A stretch of 62,802 bases of DNA, counting the filler, from Octopus bimaculoides (lineage: Eukaryota): assembly GCF_001194135.2 (NCBI RefSeq). It is 5 parts of 5 records of this genome, joined end to end, with 100 filler letters (N's around TTAATTAATTAA, not from the genome) between each part and the next. Parts side by side here need not be neighbours in the genome. Positions count along the whole stretch, not along the records: positions 38,611 to 48,104 come from NC_068998.1; positions 48,205 to 60,386 come from NC_068996.1; 3 more parts are not named here. One strand, 5' to 3'. The position numbers and the translations under genes were made by a program. This document shows, piece after piece, positions 39,168 to 53,889 of this stretch (its first letter is position 1; every line of letters starts with the position of its first letter). The notes beneath the pieces were generated by a model. It was not told the origin of the DNA, did not search any database, and was given only the letters and a program-made list of their open reading frames with translations.

Positions 39168-40216
39168 NNNNNNNNNNNNNNNNNNNNNNNNNNNNNNNNN
39201 NNNNNNNNNNNNNNNNNNNNNNNNNNNNNNNNNNNNNNNNNNNNNNNNNNNNNNNNNNNNNNNNNNNNNNNNNNNNNNNNNNNNNNNNNNNNNNNNNNNN
39301 NNNNNNNNNNNNNNNNNNNNNNNNNNNNNNNNNNNNNNNNNNNNNNNNNNNNNNNNNNNNNNNNNNNNNNNNNNNNNNNNNNNNNNNNNNNNNNNNNNNN
39401 NNNNNNNNNNNNNNNNNNNNNNNNNNNNNNNNNNNNNNNNNNNNNNNNNNNNNNNNNNNNNNNNNNNNNNNNNNNNNNNNNNNNNNNNNNNNNNNNNNNN
39501 NNNNNNNNNNNNNNNNNNNNNNNNNNNNNNNNNNNNNNNNNNNNNNNNNNNNNNNNNNNNNNNNNNNNNNNNNNNNNNNNNNNNNNNNNNNNNNNNNNNN
39601 NNNNNNNNNNNNNNNNNNNNNNNNNNNNNNNNNNNNNNNNNNNNNNNNNNNNNNNNNNNNNNNNNNNNNNNNNNNNNNNNNNNNNNNNNNNNNNNNNNNN
39701 NNNNNNNNNNNNNNNNNNNNNNNNNNNNNNNNNNNNNNNNNNNNNNNNNNNNNNNNNNNNNNNNNNNNNNNNNNNNNNNNNNNNNNNNNNNNNNNNNNNN
39801 NNNNNNNNNNNNNNNNNNNNNNNNNNNNNNNNNNNNNNNNNNNNNNNNNNNNNNNNNNNNNNNNNNNNNNNNNNNNNNNNNNNNNNNNNNNNNNNNNNNN
39901 NNNNNNNNNNNNNNNNNNNNNNNNNNNNNNNNNNNNNNNNNNNNNNNNNNNNNNNNNNNNNNNNNNNNNNNNNNNNNNNNNNNNNNNNNNNNNNNNNNNN
40001 NNNNNNNNNNNNNNNNNNNNNNNNNNNNNNNNNNNNNNNNNNNNNNNNNNNNNNNNNNNNNNNNNNNNNNNNNNNNNNNNNNNNNNNNNNNNNNNNNNNN
40101 NNNNNATATATATGTATATATATATATGAATGTATGTCTATATATAGATGCAATCATATATATATGCATGTGTGTTTGTATTCATATATGTATACACAGA
40201 CATACACATACATACA

Positions 40217-40252
<36 letters not shown>

Positions 40253-42391
40253 TACACGCGCACACGCACATACACACACATACACGCACACACATACGTA
40301 GAATCGGTAGAGAGTCGGACGAAAGTGTCTTGCGGTATTTCTTCCGGCGCTTCATGTTCCGATTTCAAAATACCGCCGAGATTGAACATGTCTTTAATTT
40401 TCCTGAGATCGATAACATAAACGAAACACCAATCAATTATTGGCATCTCGTGTTGTCGATGATGAACAGTAACGAATGATCCTAATATCCTTTTCTCTAA
40501 AATTTCTGGCCTTGTGTTTAAAACAAGAAGGTATTACATTCGCCGTGTGTTGGTTGTATCGTAAGATCATCGGAAGAAACTAATTGCTTTGCGGCATTCG
40601 TTCCGACTTTTTACGATGCGAGTTCGTATCTTACGGAAGCCATGTTTTGCCTTTCATCTTTCCGGGATTTGATTTTAGAAATTAAAGTATTGGGCCATCC
40701 CATAAATAATGCAGGTTTTTTTTTTAATTGCATGAATTAGAGTCGAATGGGGACGGGATAAACTAACTGCATCAACTTGCTATAGAAGCAGGTAGTAAAT
40801 TTCCTTGTCCTTATTCTTAGTGCAAGTTTTGAAGAGTGTAGTTCAATTTTAACAGTTATTTTTTTCAAAGTGAGAGCGTTGGAAGAAATGCTTTGTGTTA
40901 TTCCGGCTTTTTTATATGCCGAGTTCAAATTCTTACAACGTCAACATCTTATTCCATCCCACCTGGGTCGACGCAATAAAGTACCAGTAAAATATTGAGG
41001 GCAATTGTTATCCACTAAATCCCCTTCGTTTAAAGATTCTTACACTTCTACAGTTGGAAAACAAAACAAAGAAAAAAGAAGAATTTTGTGGTATTTCTTC
41101 CGACATTTTACATTCTCAGTTCAGATCCTGGTTTACTTCCTGAATTAGAAACCACAACTAACAGAAGAAGAAAGGAAAACGGTTCTNNNNNNNNNNNNNN
41201 NNNNNNNNNNNNNNNNNNNNNNNNNNNNNNNNNNNNNNNNNNNNNNNNNNNNNNNNNNNNNNNNNNNNNNNNNNNNNNNNNNNNNNNNNNNNNNNNNNNN
41301 NNNNNNNNNNNNNNNNNNNNNNNNNNNNNNNNNNNNNNNNNNNNNNNNNNNNNNNNNNNNNNNNNNNNNNNNNNNNNNNNNNNNNNNNNNNNNNNNNNNN
41401 NNNNNNNNNNNNNNNNNNNNNNNNNNNNNNNNNNNNNNNNNNNNNNNNNNNNNNNNNNNNNNNNNNNNNNNNNNNNNNNNNNNNNNNNNNNNNNNNNNNN
41501 NNNNNNNNNNNNNNNNNNNNNNNNNNNNNNNNNNNNNNNNNNNNNNNNNNNNNNNNNNNNNNNNNNNNNNNNNNNNNNNNNNNNNNNNNNNNNNNNNNNN
41601 NNNNNNNNNNNNNNNNNNNNNNNNNNNNNNNNNNNNNNNNNNNNNNNNNNNNNNNNNNNNNNNNNNNNNNNNNNNNNNNNNNNNNNNNNNNNNNNNNNNN
41701 NNNNNNNNNNNNNNNNNNNNNNNNNNNNNNNNNNNNNNNNNNNNNNNNNNNNNNNNNNNNNNNNNNNNNNNNNNNNNNNNNNNNNNNNNNNNNNNNNNNN
41801 NNNNNNNNNNNNNNNNNNNNNNNNNNNNNNNNNNNNNNNNNNNNNNNNNNNNNNNNNNNNNNNNNNNNNNNNNNNNNNNNNNNNNNNNNNNNNNNNNNNN
41901 NNNNNNNNNNNNNNNNNNNNNNNNNNNNNNNNNNNNNNNNNNNNNNNNNNNNNNNNNNNNNNNNNNTATATATACATACATATCTATATGAGTATATATG
42001 TACACATACATACATATATACATGTGCGTGTGTGTGTGTGGGGGTGTATAAAATCTGTTTTGTTTGTTTTAATTTTAATATATTATTTTATCTTCATTCT
42101 CCTTTCAGTTAAATATTATTTGATTATCTGATATCTTTGTTTTATTGTGTCTGAAGAGTTTGAAGATTTCGTTGTTGCAAACGAACGTAAGTTCATATAC
42201 TACACACACAAACGCACACACACAGGCGCGCACACACACACACACACCTTAAAGCCACTCCATAACTAGTCTAAGCGAGGCGTGTGCGCAGTCGAGAGTG
42301 TGTCTATGTGTATATATACATACATATTTAAATATACATATATATATATATACGCACACATATATACATACATATATATACATATACATAC

Positions 42392-42447
<56 letters not shown>

Positions 42448-43879
42448 CAATTAGAAAATGGAGGATAATATGCTGAACCCCACTACTTGCAGACGGTGTA
42501 TCCTATTGAATTCATTAATTTAATTCATAGCAGAAGTGACAAAAAAAGGAAGAAAAGAAAGAGAAAGAAAGAACCAAAGCACAGGTGTCCATGGCAGACT
42601 ATGTTATTTTGCCAACGTGGTTTACATATAGAAGTACAAAGTACATAAGGAATTAGAGGATGAATAGAAGTTCAATCTTACAGCTGTTTCGGCCTAGTTT
42701 TGGCAGGCCCCATTCTATCCGAATATTCCTTTCCGGAGTGATTATCGGATGACATTTTGAAATGTCTGCAAGTAGTTGGGTTCAGCATATTATCCTCCAT
42801 TTTCTAATTGTTACACAAATTTTGGGTAAAACCTCCACTTTTNNNNNNNNNNNNNNNNNNNNNNNNNNNNNNNNNNNNNNNNNNNNNNNNNNNNNNNNNN
42901 NNNNNNNNNNNNNNNNNNNNNNNNNNNNNNNNNNNNNNNNNNNNNNNNNNNNNNNNNNNNNNNNNNNNNNNNNNNNNNNNNNNNNNNNNNNNNNNNNNNN
43001 NNNNNNNNNNNNNNNNNNNNNNNNNNNNNNNNNNNNNNNNNNNNNNNNNNNNNNNNNNNNNNNNNNNNNNNNNNNNNNNNNNNNNNNNNNNNNNNNNNNN
43101 NNNNNNNNNNNNNNNNNNNNNNNNNNNNNNNNNNNNNNNNNNNNNNNNNNNNNNNNNNNNNNNNNNNNNNNNNNNNNNNNNNNNNNNNNNNNNNNNNNNN
43201 NNNNNNNNNNNNNNNNNNNNNNNNNNNNNNNNNNNNNNNNNNNNNNNNNNNNNNNNNNNNNNNNNNNNNNNNNNNNNNNNNNNNNNNNNNNNNNNNNNNN
43301 NNNNNNNNNNNNNNNNNNNNNNNNNNNNNNNNNNNNNNNNNNNNNNNNNNNNNNNNNNNNNNNNNNNNNNNNNNNNNNNNNNNNNNNNNNNNNNNNNNNN
43401 NNNNNNNNNNNNNNNNNNNNNNNNNNNNNNNNNNNNNNNNNNNNNNNNNNNNNNNNNNNNNNNNNNNNNNNNNNNNNNNNNNNNNNNNNNNNNNNNNNNN
43501 NNNNNNNNNNNNNNNNNNNNNNNNNNNNNNNNNNNNNNNNNNNNNNNNNNNNNNNNNNNNNNNNNNNNNNNNNNNNNNNNNNNNNNNNNNNNNNNNNNNN
43601 NNNNNNNNNNNNNNNNNNNNNNNNNNNNNNNNNNNNNNNNNNNNNNNNNNNGTCACAAGGACGTAAACAAACTGACACCGATTGTCAAGCGGTGATGTGG
43701 GTGACACGTACAGACACGAAGACACACACACACAAACACACATGCGCATGACGAGCTTCCACACAGTTTCCATCTACCAAATTCAATCTCGAGACATCGG
43801 TCGTCCATGGGTTATAGTATAAGACACCTACTTAAGCCACCACGCGGTGGGACCGAACTCGAAATCACTTGGTTGTGAT

Positions 43880-44150
43880 TATGATGAAGATGATGACGAC
43901 GACGACGATGATGAAGGTTAATGGGGACGAGAAGTAGGTATGAGGGTGGAGGAGGAGGAGGACGAGGAGGACGAGGACGAGGACGAGGACGAGGAGAAGG
44001 ACGAGGAGGAGGAAGAAGACGAGGAGGAGGACGAGGAGAAGGACGAGGAGGAGGAAGAAGACGAGGAGGAGGACGAGGAAGAGGAGGACGAGGAGGAGGA
44101 CGAGGACGAGGACGAGGAGGAGGACGAAGAGGAGGACGAAGAGGAGGAGC
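43880..44150. repeat. GAG/GAC/GAA purine-rich triplet array with a higher-order duplicated block
   Basis: gaggacgaggagaaggacgaggaggaggaagaagacgaggag occurs twice. Confidence 0.9.
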
Positions 44151-45447
44151 GTGTGAGGAAGCGAAAGAAATGGAGAGACAAAGAGACAAAAGCCCCAGTT
44201 TTTGTGAAAACAGAGCTTATTGTTGAATCCGAAGTAAAAGTACGCGTGCAATATTCTCCGAGTAGATTAGTTTAATAAATTATGCAAGTTTTTACTTATC
44301 GCAAAACCGATTTTGATTGAGGATTTTTGCGGATTGTTTTCGTGTTGAAGAAAATTAATTAGGCAAGATGCAGTTACGAATAAATAATCTTATTTATATT
44401 GATGTTGAAATAGGAAGGAAAAGAATTGTTCCTCGTTCCATTTTCATTTCCGAACGACACCAAATAAGAATTCCTTTCGATGCCATCTTCCATTCAAGAT
44501 ATTAACCCTTTCTATTCGAACCCGTCTGAAACGGCTCCTGAGTCTATCACATAAAACATTTTCATTCAAAAAGAAATAATATTTTCTTCTAATTTTGGGC
44601 ACTAAGCCAGCAATTTTCAGAGGAGGGGAAAATTGATTACATAGATATTTATTTCATGGACCCTGAGAAAATGAAATGTAAAGTTGACCTCAGCGGCATT
44701 TCAACTCAGTAAAATAAAACCGGAGGAAATGCTGCTAAGCATTTTATCCGGCACGGTAAAGATTCTGCCAAGCTCGCCGTCTTATATATACGTCTATATA
44801 TACTGTTTGCGAAAATTTCTTAATGTTAACAATAAATCAAATGTGTTTCTTAGTTGCTAGGACTAAATGACATATAAATTTCTTCGAGAGAGAACTTAAC
44901 CAGTATGAGGCCGATATGTCTGGAAATGTTTTGCAAGAACTTAATAAGATTAACGGTAAATAGAAGGCATTTCTCAGTTGCGAAAAAGGAAACTGCGATG
45001 CCTTTGGGGAATAATAATGAACAAAACTAGTCTAATTGATGCAAAATATTTATGATGTACTCAAACACTAATTATGTTCTAATGTTGAGATAATACTAAC
45101 ATGCCAAAAGGTTTTCCGGTGATTTTTCTTAATGCGGACATTAGATTTATGTTTCATGTTTGTTGTGTATAAACAAAGTGAATATATTAATATTTATCAT
45201 AAGCACAAGGATACAGTTTTTGAACAGTATTAAGGGTAATTGATTAAATTGACTTTAATTCGATGTATAAACCAAAATAAATTCAATTATTAAGATTGAG
45301 ATTTCATTCATTTATTTTTAGTGATTCCCGAAAGGATGAAATATTTGACTGGCTCCGGCGAGATTTGAACATGGAACCTCATAACATCCTGTTGTTCGAT
45401 ATGCATAATTACATACATGCATACATATAAATATAAAAGTATAATGC

Positions 45448-45628
<181 letters not shown>

Positions 45629-46876
45629 GGATTCAGATAGAATCGGGTACTTGAAAGGATATGCACCAGATTGGGTTGGATAAACCCGTGGTCACCGCCT
45701 GTGGTTGATAAATATCAACTAGGATATTCCAGTTGGGTACACAGAGAAAACCAACTCTATGAGTATTTAGCGTCAAGGGAGTGGTCCAAAGCATACGTTA
45801 CGTTGATTGTATTGTTGTCGGTATACTCCAGGGTGTCCGACGTGTCTTAAAATTCTATGCTGCATTATAATCAATATATATATATATATATATATATANN
45901 NNNNNNNNNNNNNNNNNNNNNNNNNNNNNNNNNNNNNNNNNNNNNNNNNNNNNNNNNNNNNNNNNNNNNNNNNNNNNNNNNNNNNNNNNNNNNNNNNNNN
46001 NNNNNNNNNNNNNNNNNNNNNNNNNNNNNNNNNNNNNNNNNNNNNNNNNNNNNNNNNNNNNNNNNNNNNNNNNNNNNNNNNNNNNNNNNNNNNNNNNNNN
46101 NNNNNNNNNNNNNNNNNNNNNNNNNNNNNNNNNNNNNNNNNNNNNNNNNNNNNNNNNNNNNNNNNNNNNNNNNNNNNNNNNNNNNNNNNNNNNNNNNNNN
46201 NNNAATACGTGACCAAGTTGTTAGGGTACCCGATTGCAAGATCATGGCTTCGATTACCGGACCGGATGATGATTAATTTTCTTGAGCAAAACACTTCTTT
46301 TCACGTTCTGCTCTGAGTGATTCTGTCTAGCCAATGAGTGGTGTACTACAAGTTGATATGCCTTGGTTCTTTATAAATCCTGTATAATTAAAAATATGCA
46401 TACATATATGTGCATAAATACATATATGCTTATATATCTATATATAAATAATAAATACATAAATAAATAAATAAATAAATACTTATGTGCATAGTATTTT
46501 AATGAGAATAATTCTATTCATATTTACTAAATACACATACTAAAAATTAAAAATTCAAATTCTTGAATCCATGTACTTAAAATTAAAACGCAAAATAGAA
46601 AAATTATTACGATATTATTTATTTTTTAAATTCATTCTATTTTATTTGATTTCATGTCCACAATTAAGTCAGACATTAAGATATTGTGTTTTCTGACAGA
46701 TTAAAGAAAATTATAAATTATATACCTTAATTGCAAATATGTTCTCATCGAATTATATACATTCGCTTAATTGGAAATATTATCTCGATATTTTTTAGGT
46801 ATTTATTCATACGAAAATATTTAAATCAAACACATATACATACATAAACACATGTCTGCATTCATACATACATACA

Positions 46877-46910
<34 letters not shown>

Positions 46911-47092
46911 CATACATACATACATACATACATAAATACGTACGAATGTACGTACATACATACATACATACACACGTACGTACATACATATATACATACG
47001 TACATACATACATACATACACACATGCATACATCCATCCATCCATACATACATACATACATACATACATACATACATACATACATACATACA

Positions 47093-47540
47093 ACAGGCTT
47101 GATATAATGGTTTGAGATAGACAGAAGAAACAGTGCACAGTTGTGAAAATTAGTTGCCCAGCGGATGTTAACATCAAGCTGAAGATCAGTAAAAAAATAG
47201 AACACATATGCTGAACTTTTGGTAAATCTGCAGTTACTCTATCCAGATTACAAGTTCAGGTTTATACCTGTAATTATTAGGGCCCTGGGATATGTAACAC
47301 ATTGTCTTAATACCAATCTTGAGAAATTAGGCATCTCAAAACCAGAAAAGAGAAAACTAATCCGAAGACTACAGATTCAATCCTTCACTGGAACTGTAAA
47401 AATCTGTGAAACTTTCCAGAAGTTTATCATTAAATATATATGTTGTTGATGTTGAAATTCCAATGAAGGAGCCTTGGATCTAGGCTAGAAACCGGTTTTT
47501 TTCTCTATTGACAAAATATCTTGAAATAAACTGAATAATG
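47093..47540 (+). mobile_element. 5'-truncated R4/Dong-clade retrotransposon (RLE domain + 3' UTR) in (CATA)n
   Basis: NRLDIMV*DRQKKQCTVVKISCPADVNIKLKIS..(frameshift)..LVNLQLLYPDYKFRFIPVIIRALG..KLIRRLQIQSFTGTVKICETFQKF; (CATA)n at 46862-47092 and 47542-47586. Confidence 0.9.
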
Positions 47541-47551
47541 ACATACATACA

Positions 47552-47583
<32 letters not shown>

Positions 47584-47685
47584 CATTTAATATATAACAA
47601 AGTTATAGACCGATTGACTGAAATGACGAACTATATGCATTTTAAAGTATGATAAAGTAAATTCTTTACCGCCAAATATTAACGC

Positions 47686-47716
<31 letters not shown>

Positions 47717-48104
47717 TGCGCGTGCGCGTGTTTGTAGAATACGCAAATACAGGCAAATCATCATGTACGAAAATAAGACAATGCTGGATAAGAACCAGCG
47801 ACCGCGTGATTACGAAGCGAATTTCTTAAACATCGCGACATGCCTGCATCTTATTTATGAATTGGTGTGTATATGCATTGTATGTATATACGTATAATGC
47901 ACATATGTACATTCGCACGTATGTATGCATATAACACACACACACACTTATATGTATATATACCCACAAATACATACATACATACATAATATACACATGT
48001 AGACGTCCACACGTAGGCATATATATGAATATATAAATTTATGTGTGCGCATGTCTATGTCTGTGCATACTTATATTTGTACATATATACATATACATAC
48101 ATAT

Positions 48105-48204
48105 NNNNNNNNNNNNNNNNNNNNNNNNNNNNNNNNNNNNNNNNNNNNTTAATTAATTAANNNNNNNNNNNNNNNNNNNNNNNNNNNNNNNNNNNNNNNN
48201 NNNN
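48105..48204. other. Artificial scaffold-join linker
   Basis: 44 N + TTAATTAATTAA + 44 N. Confidence 0.95.
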
Positions 48205-49085
<881 letters not shown>

Positions 49086-49546
49086 CTCCTCATTAATATG
49101 ACTGTCCCAATCGATATAAACGTATCTGTCAAGACCTACCAAAAACTGAGCAAATATAAAGATCTTGAAATAGAAATTAGCAAAATGTGGAATCTGAAGA
49201 CGAAAACAATACCTATTGTCATAGGTGCCCTGGGAATGACAGCGAAACGGGCTGATTACTACCTAGATCAGATTCCAGGAAACCCCAAAATGGCTGAAGT
49301 TCAAAAGATAGTGCTCATGGGAACTGCCCATATCCTACGTAAAATACTGTCTATGTGATCTCAAATTTTAAAGCAAACACATAATTTTCTTATGGTTTCT
49401 TAAACATTCACTTGAACAAAACTGTACAAATCCAAATATATGGTACCCTAGGCATAACACCTACATGAACTTCTAACTTGTTGTCTCTTGAGGTCTTTGG
49501 GTGAGACTTGGATCCAACTTGTACAAATGCAAAACAAAAGTCAAAC
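49086..49546 (+). mobile_element. Dong/R4 retrotransposon 3' end, subfamily a
   Basis: LLINMTVPIDINVSVKTYQKLSKYKDLEIEISKMWNLKTKTIPIVIGALG..EVQKIVLMGTAHILRKILSM*; (AAT)n on both sides. Confidence 0.92.
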
Positions 49547-49609
49547 ATAATAATAAGAAGAAGAAGAAGAAGAAGAAGAAGAATGATAATAATGATTAAT
49601 TATTTTATT

Positions 49610-50190
49610 GACCACCAGGGCTTACATAAAAACAACATGACCTATACACACAGGAAGCTATGCTTACACTATGGAATAACAACAGAAAAAATATAGTATA
49701 GCACACCCCAGAAATGGCTATAGAAAATGAGAAAGCAATCATACTCTGGGATATGCCAATACACATAGATAGAGAAATCAAAATTAATAGGCTGGATAGA
49801 GCTGTCAGACCAAGAAAAAAAAATGCCTTCTAATCGATGTATCAATACCAACAGATGACAATGTTTCTCTAAAAGAAACGGAGAAACTTTCAAAATACAA
49901 AGATCTGGAAATAGAGGTAACTCGAATGTGGAATCTAAAAACAGAAACAATTCCTATAATAGTAGGTGCATTAGGTATGATAAAAAAATATTCAGACAAA
50001 TACATAACAAAAAAAAAACAGGACTATATAACATACAGAAAATAGCACCATTAGGCACAGCGCATATCCTATGTAAAACACTTTCAATATTGTGAAAATA
50101 AGAGCACCACAACAAACCACAGCACATACTGAAGGCACACAGAGCTGTGCTCGGTAATGCAGTGAAAGCATATGATAAAAATAAGACTAC
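49610..50190 (+). mobile_element. Dong/R4 retrotransposon 3' end, subfamily b
   Basis: HRKLCLHYGITTEK..ENEKAIILWDMPIHIDREIKINR..LIDVSIPTDDNVSLKETEKLSKYKDLEIEVTRMWNLKTETIPIIVGALG..IQKIAPLGTAHIL. Confidence 0.92.
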
Positions 50191-50210
50191 TGAATAATAA
50201 GAATAATAAT

Positions 50211-50519
<309 letters not shown>

Positions 50520-50543
50520 TGATGAAAATAATAATAATAATAA

Positions 50544-50727
50544 AAGGTACTGAAACCTATTTGAAAATGATACCAGGCTTACCATCCCTACAGGAAGTGC
50601 AAAAAATTGTGTTAACTGGAATGACTCATGTACTGAGAAGAGCATTATCGCTGTGAAAACAATATCCAGCACAAAGTTGCAACAAATGATGCAATAGAAA
50701 GTAGCTTGAAACTTTCAGATGTCGAAA
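50544..50727 (+). mobile_element. Dong/R4 retrotransposon 3' end, subfamily d
   Basis: KGTETYLKMIPGLPSLQEVQKIVLTGMTHVLRRALSL*, directly after (AAT)n. Confidence 0.85.
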
Positions 50728-50749
50728 AATAATAGTGGTGACGACGATG

Positions 50750-51490
50750 GTGATGAACGTCACCTTGCCTCAGTTTTTGAGAGACAGGAGTTTCCAAAGA
50801 AATTCTGATTGTAACAACAAAAATGAAGCTGGACCTTTGAGGGAAGACCTTGCACTCAGCAGTGGTTCAGTAAAGATGCAGAATGACCACAGTTGTTATC
50901 CTAATACAGCATCAGCAGATAATAGAGCAAGGAGGAGGAAGTGGATCAGTGAAGAAAAGGCTATAAGGCTAAAAGAAAGGGCTATAGAAAACGGATGTTA
51001 ACACTTTGGATAGAGAAGGGTATGTTTAAAGTAACTGAGCAGAATTTAGTTGATCAAGCTAATGCTATTAGGAGAAGAAAGTGGATCACAGAATTGGAGG
51101 TAGAAGGGATCACAAGAGAACTGGAAAAGGAAGATCAGGCAGTAGGAAAGACAAACAACAACATAAGAGATACATCCCAAACCAAAGAAGAACCTAAAGA
51201 AGAAAAAAAATAATAGCGCTACCACTAAGGAAGGGACAACTGGCACCAGTGATTTAAGTGGTTTAAAGGAGGAAGATCAGAAGATTTTTGATGAGTTGCA
51301 GGAAGTAATGAGTAAAGAAGGAAGAAAAAGATTGCCAGCATTTAAAGAGTACCAACAGAAGGAAGCTGTCAAAGATGACTAGGAAAGTAGATTCTGTTAT
51401 CAGTAGGATAGATACTAAAAATATAGGAGACACTAACTTATCGATCTATGCAGGAGGGGTAGTAGTCACCAGAAGATTAAATATCTCACT
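50750..51490 (+). mobile_element. Dong/R4 retrotransposon N-terminal region relic
   Basis: RRRKWISEEK..ERGYRKRMLTLWIEKGMFKVTEQNLVDQANAIRRRKWITELEVE..IDTKNIGDTNLSIYAGGVVVTRRL resembles the Dong N-terminal domain. Confidence 0.82.
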
Positions 51491-51610
51491 AGAAGATTAA
51501 ATGTCAACCCCAAAAGAATAAAGAGCAAAGTGGACCTCAGTGGAACTTGAACTCAGTACAGAGCAACAGGCGAAATACTGCTAAGCATTTTGTCCAATAA
51601 TAATAATAAC

Positions 51611-51976
51611 AACAAGAGCACTCAGAGAGCGCAAACCTCTGCCAAGGCAACACCAACGTCCTCTCAACGGTTAGCCAGAGATGATTTTAAAAATGAAAAT
51701 ATCTGAAATATACTCAACTGCTCTCACAAACGAGAATACTAAAAGTGAACCTGACCACTCTCAAAAATTAAGTAAAAAAGAAAACAGAAAAATAATCCAG
51801 AATCCTTGTCTGGTACTGGATCGATCTCAAAATCTAACCAGTTCATGCCAGTCACAAGGCCAAACATCTTTGAAAGTTTCATCTGAATCCATCCAGTGGT
51901 TCTTGAGATATCTTGTCCACAGACAAACAAATATGACTGAAAACAATACTTCCACCTTCACTAAGGTGGAGGTAAT
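51611..51976 (+). mobile_element. Non-autonomous Helentron-like (HINE) element
   Basis: Sub-terminal inverted repeat ACCTCTGCC (51635) / GGTGGAGGT (51965), and a 3' hairpin TCCACCTT-CACT-AAGGTGGA. Confidence 0.55.
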
Positions 51977-52245
51977 AAATGCCCCGATCCAATACCAAGC
52001 AGTGAGTCCCATTGCTTTTGATCTTAACTGATTGGAAGTGTTATCATGTACATGTTTTGTTTTGGTATAAAAGATGGGCTAACAGCAAATATTCTACTCA
52101 ATACTGCAAATTTGTTCGTCGGTTGCTTGACCTTCACCAGTTGAGCATGTTTTCAGTAGCTGATGATATGTGCATCTCTGATCATGAGCAGAAGTAGTGG
52201 GGGAGCATCATAGCCATGTGTTGAGAGGATGGTTCGTCAACAACA

Positions 52246-52276
<31 letters not shown>

Positions 52277-52839
52277 CAACAACAACAACAACAACAGCAA
52301 CAGCAACAGCAACAGCAGCAGCAGTAGCAGCAGCAGCAACAACAAGAAAAGCAACAGCAATAGAATAAGAAAAATAGTGAGGGTTATGATGAGAAGATTA
52401 AAAAGAATAGATTATTCTAATGAAAACTGTCATACTCATATGTCTCTGGTATTGAAAAACTATATTTACCATAAACATAAAACAGTACAGAAAGTCTGAA
52501 ATTTAAAAAAAAAATCATAAGCTGGCTATTACTGGATTACAAGAAAAGAATAATGACAAATAAATTACTATTGTTCAAAAGAATGAAGAAAGATGTTTAC
52601 TCCAATGATTCCTTTAACTGCTGGATGATTCTAACATGGGTAAAGAATGTGTTTTGTGTCTTGGCTTTGTGGTTCAGGGTTAAAAGGTAAAACAGAGAAC
52701 ATATTGCACACAGTATTAAACCAGAAATTAAATATGGGACTACAGCAAAAAACATATTTGACAGATGGATGTTATACTGAATATTTACTGTACATGACAT
52801 AAGATAGTGGATGTATTGAACTATAGAAAAAATACATTC

Positions 52840-53452
52840 TGAAGATGGATGTTGGTCTAGTGAAGAATGTTCCAGTCAGCAAAGTCTATTGATTAGTGAC
52901 TTTCTGATAAGAGCTAAATAGACTCTGAGGCACTAGGTAATCTGGGAACGAAAGGTCTGGACACTGAAAGGTCTCTTGGGTAGATGTGGTTTCAGAGAAG
53001 TACTGAATAGCAGAGTATTTTGAGAAGGAGGACTAAGACAAAAATAATGGGAGTTTCTACCAGACATCCTTGCTGTAAACAACAGGCCAGATTTGTGGAT
53101 AGAAGGGGTTACAGCTGAATGGAAGGTGTTGAAATGGTGGGGTAGATATCATTGTAGGAGCTAAGAGACCAGCTTTGAAAGACCGAAAGAAAGTGTGAAG
53201 CACAAGAAAAAAAAATCAATTTGCTAGAAATGAATGTAGACACGAGGATTTTTTTTATTTGTGAAGAGAGAAGCAGAAATTAAGAGATTTGTGACAAAAG
53301 AATTAGAAGTGTGAGGTGTTCTGTATTCAAAGCAGTAGTGTGAATCAAGATGTAGTTTGTAAAGAAAAGACAGCTGCACACTTGCTGAGACTGATACTGA
53401 CATAGACATGCTACTATGAGTAGTTGGATTGTTGTATGAAGAGAAACCATGG

Positions 53453-53489
<37 letters not shown>

Positions 53490-53770
53490 GTTACAGGAGG
53501 GACCACAGGAAGTCAGCCCAACGATGTGATTTGTTATTGAAGTTGACAGCTATATGCCTGGAAGTGTTATTAAGAATATGAAGGCAAGGAAGGAAGCTGG
53601 ACCATCAAGGAGAGTCACTGAGATGGTGAAAATATCAGGTGAAGTAGAAAATGTGTGAGTTAATCACTTGCATGTTTAAGCAGTTAGTATAGTGAGGTGT
53701 CATTTCGAATGACTAAAGCAGTAGTGTCATCTTTGACTGTTACAAAGACAAAGGTGATACATTTAAGAGA
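52840..53770 (+). mobile_element. Heavily decayed RTE-clade LINE fragment
   Basis: LISDFLIRAK..IWERKVWTLK and KNMKARKEAGPSRRVTEMVKISG, homologous to 58567-60078. Confidence 0.65.
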
Positions 53771-53889
53771 ATTAAGTGCAAAGGTTCCAGTTTTTTGGAA
53801 AATAAGAGTTTTTGCACGATTGAATAGGAAGGGAATTAAGAGCCAGCCTAATATCACAGCATGATTAATACAACAGTTACACCTACCTC

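Noticed and set aside
43940-44275. Acidic poly-E/D ORF (and the poly-P ORF at 18089-18475)
   Set aside because: Triplet microsatellites open in several frames on both strands; no unique coding flanks.
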